A stretch of DNA of 61,688 nt from the IMG/VR virus record IMGVR_UViG_3300044620_001837; one strand, given 5' to 3'. This stretch comes from a virus. Below are positions 31,553 through 41,360 of the stretch, piece by piece; the first letter of the stretch is position 1, and each line of letters starts with the position of its first letter. The position numbers and the translations under genes were made by a program. A model generated the notes under the pieces. The model made no database searches and was not told where the DNA came from. It saw nothing but the letters and a program-made list of their open reading frames with translations.

Positions 31553-34402
31553 ATGAATTTAACTTTATTCCAAGAACAACCTTTTAGGATTCCGACCCCG
31601 ACAATCCAACTTCGCCCTGATCAAAAAGCTCTTAAAAAAGAGATTTATGATCAGCTTAGATCGGGATTCAAGCGCGTGCTAGTAGTTGCACCGTGCGGCT
31701 ACGGTAAGTGTCTAGCAAAAGATACGCCAATTATTATGTATGACGGTAGCGTGAAGCTGTCACAAAATATTGCAGTAGGGGATATTCTGATGGGGGATGA
31801 CAGCAAGCCCCGTCATGTCGATTCAATCTGTAGAGGAAGAGAAACTATGGTAAAGGTAATCCCGAACAAGGGAGAGCCGTTTACCTGCAATCGTAGTCAC
31901 ATTCTTTCGCTAGTTTATAATGGGAGAAGCTACCCGAAATCAGGATGGATTAACGGAAATATTTACGATTTTTCTATTGATCAGTATCTTTCTCTCCCGA
32001 AACATATTCAAATCTCGATGTTGCTCTATCGGGTTCCTGTAGAATTCGATAGCAAGCCTGTCACGATAGACCCCTACTTTCTTGGAATATGGCTAGGAGA
32101 TGGCAATCACAGGAACACGGGGGTCTGCACGTCCAATCCTGTATTGATCGACTATATCAAGAAATACGCTGATCGTTTAGGGATGAAAGTCTATTCTGAT
32201 GCAAGAAATGACAATCCGAATTCTCAGCTTCATAGGATCACAACAGGAGAGAAGGGGCCAGGAAAAAATTATTTGCTAAACATGATAAAAGACTTATCTC
32301 TCATCGAAAACAAGCATATCCCTCGAAACTATCTAATCAACTCAAGAGAAGTCAGGTTAGAACTTCTCGCTGGACTTCTTGACACGGACGGACACTGGCA
32401 GATAAATGGAGGCTACGAAATAGCGCAAAGAAGAAAAGAACTTGCGGATCAAATTGTTTTTCTCTCTCGCTCTTTAGGCTTTTTTGCAAGTGTAGGAACC
32501 AAAGAAGTAAAAGGAGAAACTTACTATCGTGTCAGAATTAGCGGCAACACAGAGACTATCCCGATCAAGACCGAATACAAGAAAACCCCGAAAGAATACA
32601 TAGAAAAACAGAAATGCAATGTTTTAAGAACGAATTTCAAGCTAGAGTTTTTGAAGGAAGATGATTACTATGGGTTTACAATCGACGGAAATCGCCGTTT
32701 TTTACTAGGAGATTTTACCGTAACCCACAATACTGTCCTATTCTGTCAGATGATTTACGATGCAGCGATTAAAAAGCACCGCCGCACCCTGATCGTCGTG
32801 CCGTTTATATGCTTGATTGACCAGACTCTAGACGCTCTTGAAAAATTCGGATTAACCGCAGGAGTTATAGCGGGAAACTATAGAGAAGATCGTCTGCAAA
32901 AAGTACAAATTGCCACCACACAAACACTAGCAAGACGAGATATTTCTTGGTTTAATCCTGAAGTAATATTTCTTGATGAGTGCCATCTTTCCGCCTATTC
33001 ACTTTGGTTTCGAGATAATTTTAATAATCTCAAAGACGGGAAACAAACAACCTCGATAGTAGATATTAGTTCCGAACTAGCTATTTTAGGCATCGCTATC
33101 GAGAGAGAAAGTCTAGAATTCGGGTATCGAGTCACTTTCGAGGAAGTAAAGCAAAAGTACAAATCTCTCACATTACTCCATCACCCCGATCACGGGGGAA
33201 GTAAAAAGAAGATGCAAGAATTGAATTCTGCATGGGAGATTTTAAGGAAACAAGAACATTTATTTTCTGGGAAAGAACTATCAATGGACAGCCAGATCGT
33301 CATCGGACTGACGGCGACCCCGTGGCGATTGTCAAAACGGGAGGAGTTAGGAGATATTTTCGAGACGCAAGTAACCGGCCCGACTCCGAAAGAGATGATC
33401 GAGCGGAAAGCTTTATTGGGATGCGTGTACTTTGCCACCAAAAACCAAATTGACACCAAAGGGGTTAAAACTACGGGTGGCGATTTTGATGCGGCGGAAC
33501 TCGAAACTCGATGCTTAGAGGCGGTACAATCAATTGTTTCCGAGTACAAGCGACTCGGACAAAACCGTCAATTCGTGTGTTTTGCCGCAGGGAAAGTTCA
33601 CGCGGACTCGCTGGCTAAAGAATTTACCGATCAAGGAATTCCCGTCGCCGTTATTACCGCAGAAACTCCACAGGAGGAACGAAAAGAGATTTTTAAAAAT
33701 GTAGCGCAATTAAAAATGCGGGGGATTATCAATATCAATACTTGTGGAATCGGATTTAATCTGCCTGAAATTAGCTGTATTATCCATTCCCGTCCGACAA
33801 AATCTATGACTTTGTATATCCAGATGACGGGGCGAGGACAACGGCTCTGCCCTCAACTTAACAAAACCGATTGCCTTGTTTTAGATCAGGCAGGAAATAC
33901 CAAGCGTCACGGGTTTATCGAAGACGTGACCTATCCCGATCTTCGGAAGGCATTAAACACAGAAAAAAGAGAAGCTCCCGTCAAGGAGTGCGAAAATTGC
34001 GGGTGCATGGTTCACGCCTCCGCTCGTGTTTGTCCAGAGTGCGGTTTCGAGTTTCCTTCCGCTCGAACAGAAAAACGGATTGCCAGCGAAAAGCTTCAGT
34101 TAATACTTCCAGACGAGGACAAAACCCTCTACTACGCTTATCGACAGGCAAGACGAGAGGCTTACGAGAAGGGCAAAAAACCAGAATGGGCGCGCTACGA
34201 AATTGTTAGAATTTATAAGCTATCGCAATGGTGGCCTAAAGCTTTCTGGAAACTTTACGCAGTTTTCGGGACAAACTATACTAAAGATGACGTAAAAAGC
34301 TATTGGGACTACTTGAATCGTTGTTGCGGTAATCCCGATTGGATAGAAAAATGTATGAAAGAGGAATTTGGAGATGACTACAGCGAGAATATTGGGAAAT
34401 AA
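31553..34402 (+). CDS. SF2 (DEAD/DEAH-like) helicase with an intein in the P-loop, an inserted J-domain and a C-terminal Zn-ribbon
   Basis: The Walker A motif APCGYGK/T is split by the intein. DECH lies at 32975-32986 and TATP at 33311-33322. The helicase C-domain has QMTGRGQR. Zn-ribbon is CENCGC...CPECG. I chose ATG 31553 (MNLTLFQEQ), 6 nt after the previous stop. Confidence 0.85.
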   Translation: MNLTLFQEQPFRIPTPTIQLRPDQKALKKEIYDQLRSGFKRVLVVAPCGYGKCLAKDTPIIMYDGSVKLSQNIAVGDILMGDDSKPRHVDSICRGRETMVKVIPNKGEPFTCNRSHILSLVYNGRSYPKSGWINGNIYDFSIDQYLSLPKHIQISMLLYRVPVEFDSKPVTIDPYFLGIWLGDGNHRNTGVCTSNPVLIDYIKKYADRLGMKVYSDARNDNPNSQLHRITTGEKGPGKNYLLNMIKDLSLIENKHIPRNYLINSREVRLELLAGLLDTDGHWQINGGYEIAQRRKELADQIVFLSRSLGFFASVGTKEVKGETYYRVRISGNTETIPIKTEYKKTPKEYIEKQKCNVLRTNFKLEFLKEDDYYGFTIDGNRRFLLGDFTVTHNTVLFCQMIYDAAIKKHRRTLIVVPFICLIDQTLDALEKFGLTAGVIAGNYREDRLQKVQIATTQTLARRDISWFNPEVIFLDECHLSAYSLWFRDNFNNLKDGKQTTSIVDISSELAILGIAIERESLEFGYRVTFEEVKQKYKSLTLLHHPDHGGSKKKMQELNSAWEILRKQEHLFSGKELSMDSQIVIGLTATPWRLSKREELGDIFETQVTGPTPKEMIERKALLGCVYFATKNQIDTKGVKTTGGDFDAAELETRCLEAVQSIVSEYKRLGQNRQFVCFAAGKVHADSLAKEFTDQGIPVAVITAETPQEERKEIFKNVAQLKMRGIININTCGIGFNLPEISCIIHSRPTKSMTLYIQMTGRGQRLCPQLNKTDCLVLDQAGNTKRHGFIEDVTYPDLRKALNTEKREAPVKECENCGCMVHASARVCPECGFEFPSARTEKRIASEKLQLILPDEDKTLYYAYRQARREAYEKGKKPEWARYEIVRIYKLSQWWPKAFWKLYAVFGTNYTKDDVKSYWDYLNRCCGNPDWIEKCMKEEFGDDYSENIGK
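31709..32731 (+). mobile_element. Intein (341 aa) with a LAGLIDADG homing-endonuclease domain
   Basis: It starts with Cys (GYGK/CLAKDTPIIMYDG) and ends ...TVTHN, followed by Thr. LAGLIDADG blocks are FLGIWLGDGN and LLAGLLDTDGHW. Removing it restores GYGKT. Confidence 0.85.
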
Positions 34403-36848
34403 CGGGCTTTTATTAAATTCTTCTCAGGAATATAAAGAGCAAGTCGCAAACGAGTTATTCCGGCTTGTCAGCGTTGGGCGCGCCCCGATTCTTTCCCGAA
34501 CCTTAACAACGCCTCCGACAAGTGGACTAACCGCTGACTCTTTTTACATCGTTCCCGCTGGCGCGTCGGGAGCGTGGGCGGGAAAAACTAACCAGATCGC
34601 TTGTCCAGCAATCGGTGTAAACGGACAACCAGTATCGGGAGCGTGGAAATTTTACGAGCCTTTTGCCGGATTAAATGTTTCTCTCGTGTCGGGTGGAACG
34701 TTTTTTTACGATGGGGATTCGTGGGCGACTGCTCCAAGCGGGGGTGATATGCTTGCGGCAGAATACGATAGCGATGGAGATATGAAGGTCGATGCGGCGG
34801 AAGTAGCGGATTCAATCGCCGGAAATCCAGCAGACGATACTTTTTATGGGAAAGAATCGGGAAATAAGGGCTTTTTTAATTTCTTCCCGAAAGTTAGAGC
34901 GACCGTACTGACGGGATTAAGTACGGCCACAGGAGGGGCAGTAGCCGCAACCGATACGGTACTAGGGGCGATCGGAAAACTACAGAAACAGGTGAGCGAT
35001 ATAGTCGCAGGCGGGGTAGGTGTTACTGACGGGGATAAGGGCGATATTACCGTATCGGGTACGGGTACGAACTGGACGATCGATAATGACGCGGTAACGT
35101 TACCTAAACTCCAAAACATCGCCACCAATCGACTGCTAGGGCGATCAACATCGGGATCGGGAGATGTAGAGGAAATTCAGTTAGGGACGGGATTGAGTCT
35201 ATCGGGAGGTACGCTATCGAGTACGGGTACGGGTACAGGCGGCGCTATCACCGTACAAGACGAGTGGACAACCCTCACGATTAACGCCACGAGTCTGAAT
35301 TTCACGGGCGCGGGAGTTACCGCCACGAATAGCGGTGGTGCTGTTACGGTTAGCGTGCCGGGTGGAGGGGGTTCTTTCGTCGATCTCAACTACCGGAATC
35401 TAGCGGTACAGTACGGGGCTGCGGCTTATTTTCCCCTAGATGAAACATCGGGTACTACCGCAAGTAATTTAATCGCCCCAGCCAATACGGGAGACTACCA
35501 GAATTCGCCGACGTTAAATCAATCCTCACTACTTACCTCTAACGTCGGTAAAAGTGTTAGTTTCTCTAGAGCGTCTAGTCAGGGGGTTCTAATAAACAAT
35601 GTCGGCTTTACATCGGTTCCCTTCACGATCGAGGGAATGATTAAGCTGCCTGATACGAGCCAGCAGGGGGTATTTTTCGGAATACGGGTGCAGGCGGGAT
35701 CGAACAAAGGCGAGTTCTATTTAGGGGTCGGCAATAACTCTACCGATAGCAACGGGAACGAGTTGATTGGATTAAGCGAGTTCGTGGGGTTTTACGAAAC
35801 GAATACCAACTTAGGAACTCGAATCAATCATCTTGCAATGACGGTATCAAATTCGCTTCAGCTAACGATCTACCTGAACGGGACTCAGGTATTTCAAGGC
35901 AATACATCAGGAAGCGAGGCGATAACTGGGACGAACGGTAACGGGATGATCGCCTACCAATCGGGATCGGCAACGAGATGGGTAACGGCATTAATAGACG
36001 AGGTATCGTATTATCCGAGCGTTCTATCATCGGGACAGATCGCCCTAAGATCGGCGTTGGCTTTTAGTAATATCTCGACTAACCGAGAATTGCTGACCGC
36101 GGATCGAACCTATTTCGTGGGATATAGTGGCGCAAGCGATAGTAACGATGGGTTGACGACAGGATCTTCGTTTGCGACATGGCAAAAAGCGATCGATGTT
36201 GCCGCGACTCTCGATCTCGGTATTTATGCTGTAACAATACAAATTCAAAACGGCACTTACACCGAACCGATCGCTTTAAAATATTTAGTCGGGGCTGGAA
36301 AAGTAACGATTAAGGGGAATTCAAATACCCCCGCAAATGTCGTTTTATCAACTACCACAACAGCGATTATTGCAAGTGGAAATATTTCTAATTGGATCAT
36401 AGACGGGATCGAGATCTCTAGTTCGTCTGGGAACTGCTTAGAGGTTAACTCTAACGCTTCTGTTGAAATCCAAAATCTTCGATTCGGGAACGCGGGATTC
36501 GCTCATATTGCAGTATCCGAAGGCGGGCTAGTACGAGTTGCCGGAAACTACACGATAGCGGGAAATTCAGCGATGGGTTTTCATGTTTTGGCGCAATTTT
36601 CTGGCTTTTTTTCTTGCGCTGGTAGAACCATTACTTTAGTAGGAACACCAACTTTTGGCTCTACATTCGGATTTGCTTCTTCAATTTGGCAGGGAAGCAT
36701 AGATTTTGTAAACTCGACTTTTTTGGGATCGGCAAACGGAAGACGATACTTCGCCGAAAAAGGTGGCTATATACGCGGGACAGTAAACGGTTCATTGCCA
36801 GGGAACTCCGAGGGAGTTGCCAACTCGCCCGGATTTTATTCACTTTAA
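34374..36848 (+). CDS. Tail fibre / receptor-binding protein with a LamG-like lectin domain and a C-terminal beta-helix-like region
   Basis: Gly/Thr-rich repeats. YFPLDETSGTTASNL...VSFSRASSQGVLINN...ALIDEVSYYPSVLSSGQI fits a LamG/ConA-like pattern. The C-terminal repetitive strand pattern is pectate-lyase-like. Confidence 0.6.
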   Translation: MTTARILGNNGLLLNSSQEYKEQVANELFRLVSVGRAPILSRTLTTPPTSGLTADSFYIVPAGASGAWAGKTNQIACPAIGVNGQPVSGAWKFYEPFAGLNVSLVSGGTFFYDGDSWATAPSGGDMLAAEYDSDGDMKVDAAEVADSIAGNPADDTFYGKESGNKGFFNFFPKVRATVLTGLSTATGGAVAATDTVLGAIGKLQKQVSDIVAGGVGVTDGDKGDITVSGTGTNWTIDNDAVTLPKLQNIATNRLLGRSTSGSGDVEEIQLGTGLSLSGGTLSSTGTGTGGAITVQDEWTTLTINATSLNFTGAGVTATNSGGAVTVSVPGGGGSFVDLNYRNLAVQYGAAAYFPLDETSGTTASNLIAPANTGDYQNSPTLNQSSLLTSNVGKSVSFSRASSQGVLINNVGFTSVPFTIEGMIKLPDTSQQGVFFGIRVQAGSNKGEFYLGVGNNSTDSNGNELIGLSEFVGFYETNTNLGTRINHLAMTVSNSLQLTIYLNGTQVFQGNTSGSEAITGTNGNGMIAYQSGSATRWVTALIDEVSYYPSVLSSGQIALRSALAFSNISTNRELLTADRTYFVGYSGASDSNDGLTTGSSFATWQKAIDVAATLDLGIYAVTIQIQNGTYTEPIALKYLVGAGKVTIKGNSNTPANVVLSTTTTAIIASGNISNWIIDGIEISSSSGNCLEVNSNASVEIQNLRFGNAGFAHIAVSEGGLVRVAGNYTIAGNSAMGFHVLAQFSGFFSCAGRTITLVGTPTFGSTFGFASSIWQGSIDFVNSTFLGSANGRRYFAEKGGYIRGTVNGSLPGNSEGVANSPGFYSL

Positions 36849-36964
36849 TAGCAACAAAAATCGCCCTTGATAGTAGTAATAATCCCTTTTGGATTTGTGT
36901 AGGGGTTATGGGTAGTGAGCGGGTTTTAATGATAGTATAGTATAGACACAAAACTCAACCTAAA

Positions 36965-37114
36965 ATGAATTTTCAAAACAAAGACATCGCTCACCCCACA
37001 ATCCAAAAGTTTCTCAAGCTTATTGGATTAGTTAGGCAAATACCTGCTTCAAAATTGGACAAAGCGATAGAACTCTTAGAGGAAATAGCGGTAGAAATAC
37101 CAATTCAAAATTAA
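36965..37114 (+). CDS. Small hypothetical protein (49 aa, below the ORF-track cutoff)
   Basis: MNFQNKDIAHPTIQKFLKLIGLVRQIP...IQN* fills the gap between the fibre gene and 37143. Confidence 0.3.
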   Translation: MNFQNKDIAHPTIQKFLKLIGLVRQIPASKLDKAIELLEEIAVEIPIQN

Positions 37115-37142
37115 CTATTTACACTGATCAAGTATCATTTTA

Positions 37143-39467
37143 ATGCTTTATTACCATCTATTTGGAACTTGTCGAGAAAAACCTTTAAACGGCTTAGGAG
37201 ACAGCCCTGGCTTTTGGCGCACATCAAACCCTATTTCTTGGGATAAAAACCCAAAACTAGATATAGTAACTTTTGATGGGGGATTAGGAACATCCGGGCA
37301 GTTGTGGAAAATTATCACCAAGTATGGACAAATACAAGGAATTGGCTATGTTTCTGAGGCTGACTATAATACTCGAAATATTGGGTTTGGCATTGTTGGT
37401 GGTGGCGGTGAAATTTATCGGACATCCGCTAATTATTTTTATCAAGGCTCGATTACTGGGAGCAGTAGGCTCGGCTATAACGTTGAAATTACCCATATAG
37501 TTCGTATCACCGATCCCGCCCATTTTCCTGCAAATCCCTATCCCGTAAATCTTCCCGAATTCCCGATTTTACCAGACAAGGATTTTAGCGTAGAAATCCA
37601 GTTTCAAAATTACGAGTACGACAACACTGGCGATGCCGAACAAAGAATTGTGGAATGGGCTGACCCGATCCGAATTTTTAATCTTTCTAGGTCTGCCCTG
37701 CGAACCGACGACCTTGACAGTCTTCTCGACTTTCACGAAGGAAGACAGGGAGCGAAAGGGGATTTTCTTTATCGGGATTTATCAGATGATTGGGCTACAA
37801 GGAACCAGATAGACCTCGGCAACGGAGCCACATCACAGGGCGCTCTTTATCCCAGTGCAGACGGAATCCTGACCGAGTTTGTTTTGACCAAAGCATACTC
37901 TTGCGGTGGAAACATTCACTACCGCCCGATCTTGTTCCCCGATACTGGACTAAAAATTTACCGAGACGACAACGAACTGACGGGCTACGTTGTCGCTCCT
38001 GACCGAATCGTTTTCGACAACCCGCCCGCCGTAGGAATTTTGACATGGGAGGGGAGTTTTAAAGTTCCTTGCTCGTTTGAGAGCGATCGCCTTGACTATC
38101 GACCGCTGGTCAAAATTGTCGATGGAAACCCAGTCAAGGTAAAGGGCGTGTTCGAGATTCCCTCGCTCGTTCTGCGCGAGTCGAGGATTGAGCCGGCGAT
38201 CGTTCCTACTGATGTATTTGAAGACGGCACAAATCACAAATTCAAGCTCAATCTCTACAAAGCCTCAACACTATCGCCCGAATTTCAAACCAATATTGCC
38301 GAACTCTCTAGCGGGGAAAGAAAGCGGTTCTCACGCCGGCGAAAAGCGGTTGATACCAATTCCCTGCAACAACGGAGAAACCTTCGTCAAAACGAGCTAG
38401 AGTATTTGATTTGCCTCTGGCTTTCCCACAAGGGAACCGGTGCAACCTTTCAATTCCCCGATCTCCTGAACGGGGGAAACGTAATCTCTCGATTTAACTC
38501 AAAATCCCTCAATTATTCCAATCAAACTAATCAGCGCGTCTATTCCCTAGGAGAGCTTCAAATCCGACGTTTTACGGACGGAATTCGAGGGGATGGGGGG
38601 ACGGGGGGAGATTTATCCGATCCCGTCCTGACGATCTGTAGAGCTATCCTGATCGAGCTTGCGGACGGGGAAAGACTTGGATATACCAATCACTCGCGAG
38701 ATATTAGGATCGATGGAGTGACCTATCGTTCTCGCTGCGCCCTTGACCCGACCGCGCTTGATCGCTCTATCGGATTGACTTCCAATAACGAAGAATTCCG
38801 AGGGGCATTTATTGACGACCTAACCGAGCCGCTAATTCTTTCGCCCCGCTTTCAAGAAGCTAAGATTACCACGGCAATTATAGACTGGCGAAACCTCCCC
38901 GACTCGCTCCTAGATTTGCCCGACGAGCGGGTGCAAATTGGCTTTGTCGGGGAAATCAACTCGAAAAGTGGCGAAACCTACACCCTCGAAAATCTTACCG
39001 AGGCCAGTATCAAACTTCGGCAATCACGGGACGAGCGGGTAACGCCCCTGTGTGGATGGTTTTTTGGGCAAAACAACGGTGACGGGACTGGATGCCAAAA
39101 AACCGTCCCAACTTATACAACTTCTGTGGGAAGTATTGCAGATCGCCGTATTGTCGAGGTTTATGGAATTTTTGAGAACCTTGCGTGGGGAACCTTGACT
39201 TTTCTTGACGGCAAGAATAAAAACGCTACTTACGCAATTTACACATCTCAATTTTTTCCATTTTCAGGAACTACACGGATCGAGTTATTTACTGGGGCGG
39301 CCGACTCGATCGCCGCTCACGATTCAGTACGGCTCACCGCAGGGTGCGATCGTACCTACAAGACGTGCAAAAATCTCTGGGAAAACACGGATAATTTTTT
39401 GGCTGTTCCTACGTTTGGGAATTTTATGCCAGGAAATGACTTCCTATTTTCGTCGCCACGGGCTTAA
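37143..39467 (+). CDS. Fused distal-tail/hub protein with GTA g12-like (DUF2460) and g13-like (DUF2163 + BR0599) domains
   Basis: ...AEQRIVEWADPIRIFNLSRSALRTDDLDSLLDFHEGRQGAKGDFLYRDLSDD is the DUF2460 block. ...ILIELADGERLGYTNHSRDIRIDGVTYRS is DUF2163-like. The C-terminal CDRTYKTCKNLWENTDNFLAVPTFGNFMPG is BR0599-like. Confidence 0.7.
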   Translation: MLYYHLFGTCREKPLNGLGDSPGFWRTSNPISWDKNPKLDIVTFDGGLGTSGQLWKIITKYGQIQGIGYVSEADYNTRNIGFGIVGGGGEIYRTSANYFYQGSITGSSRLGYNVEITHIVRITDPAHFPANPYPVNLPEFPILPDKDFSVEIQFQNYEYDNTGDAEQRIVEWADPIRIFNLSRSALRTDDLDSLLDFHEGRQGAKGDFLYRDLSDDWATRNQIDLGNGATSQGALYPSADGILTEFVLTKAYSCGGNIHYRPILFPDTGLKIYRDDNELTGYVVAPDRIVFDNPPAVGILTWEGSFKVPCSFESDRLDYRPLVKIVDGNPVKVKGVFEIPSLVLRESRIEPAIVPTDVFEDGTNHKFKLNLYKASTLSPEFQTNIAELSSGERKRFSRRRKAVDTNSLQQRRNLRQNELEYLICLWLSHKGTGATFQFPDLLNGGNVISRFNSKSLNYSNQTNQRVYSLGELQIRRFTDGIRGDGGTGGDLSDPVLTICRAILIELADGERLGYTNHSRDIRIDGVTYRSRCALDPTALDRSIGLTSNNEEFRGAFIDDLTEPLILSPRFQEAKITTAIIDWRNLPDSLLDLPDERVQIGFVGEINSKSGETYTLENLTEASIKLRQSRDERVTPLCGWFFGQNNGDGTGCQKTVPTYTTSVGSIADRRIVEVYGIFENLAWGTLTFLDGKNKNATYAIYTSQFFPFSGTTRIELFTGAADSIAAHDSVRLTAGCDRTYKTCKNLWENTDNFLAVPTFGNFMPGNDFLFSSPRA

Positions 39468-39549
39468 TATAGTTTTAAAAAGCTCAAGCTAATTCCGTTG
39501 TAGTTGACTATTGTGAGTAAAATTACGGATAGAGTATTGACTACGAAAA

Positions 39550-40041
39550 ATGAAAACTACCTCTATCCTTGTTTCGCCCACAACAGTTATCAATCGCCCG
39601 TCCGATTGGACACTGCAAGACTGGGGCGTTATATTTAGTGTTGTGCTGGCAACAAGCTCGATCATCATATCGTATTTGTTGATCAAATCTAAATCACAGG
39701 CAGAAGAATTGGATCGTATTAACCTTGAAAAGGCTACAGAGTTTAGCGATACCCAATCCAGTAGGCTTGAAAAAATGATGTCAAAACTCGATGAAAGTGT
39801 GAAGAATCTCGATAATTCGGTCAAAAACTTGAGCGAAAAAATCACGGGATTAACTGAACGAATGGCGGTTGTCGAAACGAAACAACAGGTAGCCGATCTG
39901 GTTTTGCCTAGTTATGAGCATCAGTTTAGCGAACTACGATCACGGCAAGAATCCCAAGATTGTCATTTAATGGAAATTCGACAACAGCAAATAAAAATAT
40001 TTACCTGTTTTAAATCCTTAACAGAAACTATCGAAGCCTAA
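39550..40041 (+). CDS. Membrane-anchored coiled-coil protein, a possible lysis accessory or holin-like protein
   Basis: One N-terminal transmembrane segment (WGVIFSVVLATSSIIISYLLI) followed by a coiled coil. The gene is immediately upstream of the endolysin. Confidence 0.4.
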   Translation: MKTTSILVSPTTVINRPSDWTLQDWGVIFSVVLATSSIIISYLLIKSKSQAEELDRINLEKATEFSDTQSSRLEKMMSKLDESVKNLDNSVKNLSEKITGLTERMAVVETKQQVADLVLPSYEHQFSELRSRQESQDCHLMEIRQQQIKIFTCFKSLTETIEA

Positions 40042-40042
40042 A

Positions 40043-40795
40043 ATGAATAGCCTACTCGCCACTCAAAACACACTCCTTAAAACCCACCCGCTCGACTCCT
40101 CTAGCCCGAATCTACCCCCAGATTTTAAATCTGTTCCGATTGCCAAAGGACAAAAAGTAATTTATAAATGGCTAAAGCGGAAAGGAAATCACTACCTAAT
40201 AGAAGTCCATCCCCCGATAGATGGACGCTATAACTGGTACGCGTTTCAAGGGCATTTTGATGGAACGGGAATAGAGTCTCCTGTCGTCAGAAAAGACCAG
40301 TGCGAAGCGATTTTTGAGAGAGCGATAACCGATCATCAATTCCAGTCCCTTGATCGCTGTCTCAAACGATTCGATATAACCACCATCCCCCGTGTTCGTC
40401 ATTTTCTTGCTCAAATTGCCCACGAAAGCGGCGGTTTAAGATGGATGGTTGAACTGGCATCAGGAGCCGCTTACGAGGGGCGGCAGGATTTGGGGAATGT
40501 TTTTCCAGGCGATGGACCGCGGTTTAAAGGCGTGGACGCTTTGCAAATGACTGGACGTGCTAACTATCAAGCTTTTGCCAACTTTATCGGCGATCAAAGA
40601 GTTATGGAAGGCTGGCAATATGTCTCCAAAAATTATCTATTTTTACCTAGTGGATTTTGGTGGCACAACAACAATATGAATGCTTTAATTGATCGGGGCG
40701 CAACTGTTCGGCAAGTTACCCGACGAGTGAACGGGGGATACAACGGGCTTGCAGACAGAGAACGGTACTACCAGAGAGCTTTACGATTTATCTAA
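40043..40795 (+). CDS. Endolysin, glycoside hydrolase family 19 (chitinase-like)
   Basis: FLAQIAHESGGLRWMVE...YEGRQDLGNVFPGDGPRFKGVDALQMTGRANYQAF matches the GH19 phage-lysin signature. Confidence 0.8.
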   Translation: MNSLLATQNTLLKTHPLDSSSPNLPPDFKSVPIAKGQKVIYKWLKRKGNHYLIEVHPPIDGRYNWYAFQGHFDGTGIESPVVRKDQCEAIFERAITDHQFQSLDRCLKRFDITTIPRVRHFLAQIAHESGGLRWMVELASGAAYEGRQDLGNVFPGDGPRFKGVDALQMTGRANYQAFANFIGDQRVMEGWQYVSKNYLFLPSGFWWHNNNMNALIDRGATVRQVTRRVNGGYNGLADRERYYQRALRFI

Positions 40796-40814
40796 ATTTA
40801 TTCTCCCAATCTAC

Positions 40815-40843
40815 TTGACAATTCCAGAAAGCTTGTGTATGAT
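40815..40843 (+). promoter_or_regulatory. Sigma70-type promoter P5 (cassette variant)
   Basis: TTGACA-ATTCCAGAAAGCTTGTG-TATGAT followed by TTAATTAAT. Confidence 0.7.
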
Positions 40844-40875
40844 TTAATTAATCAAGTTTTTTGGAGTTGTTTCGT

Positions 40876-41019
40876 ATGAACGAAAGAGAATTATTATCTG
40901 AACTCAATCAACTAATTAATCTCCTTCAGGAATTAGTTGCAGAACAAAAAGAAATGAACCGATATTTAAAGGAAATATCGGAATCCTTACACTCCTTTGC
41001 AGACTCAAAAAAGGAGTAG
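40876..41019 (+). CDS. Small coiled-coil hypothetical protein (47 aa)
   Basis: ATG 40876 has GGAG upstream and lies just downstream of P5. Translation is MNERELLSELNQLINLLQELVAEQKEMNRYLKEI... Confidence 0.4.
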   Translation: MNERELLSELNQLINLLQELVAEQKEMNRYLKEISESLHSFADSKKE

Positions 41020-41081
41020 CTATTCACAAATCCACCGATAGCGAGTCTATTCAATTAACCAAACTATTACAATGTAAAGCC

Positions 41082-41360
41082 ATGAACAAAGGATACAGAC
41101 CATTAATCATCGAAGATATTGACGGCAACAAGGTTTTTGTAAATTGCTGTTTAATTGTTTCGATTACAAAAAATGAGTGTTTTGCTCAAAACGATCAATA
41201 TGTCGTTGAAATTAGTGAGGCGTTGGCAAAACTACGAATCTCCCGTTCTGTAGCCGAAATTTTAATGGATCGGCTTGTCGATGAGCTATTTTTCACCGCC
41301 GAATCTATCGAGAGAGAAAAAGCAATTTTAAATCAACCAGAGGAGCAAGATGATGTTTAG
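41082..41360 (+). CDS. Hypothetical protein
   Basis: 92-aa ORF that overlaps the next ORF by 11 nt. Confidence 0.5.
   Translation: MNKGYRPLIIEDIDGNKVFVNCCLIVSITKNECFAQNDQYVVEISEALAKLRISRSVAEILMDRLVDELFFTAESIEREKAILNQPEEQDDV

Noticed and set aside
33190-34209. Off-frame and antisense ORFs inside the helicase gene (33190..33549, 33232..33453, 33871..34209)
   Set aside because: They are nested within the helicase ORF, which carries ordered SF2 motifs. Their translations are Arg/Ser-rich.
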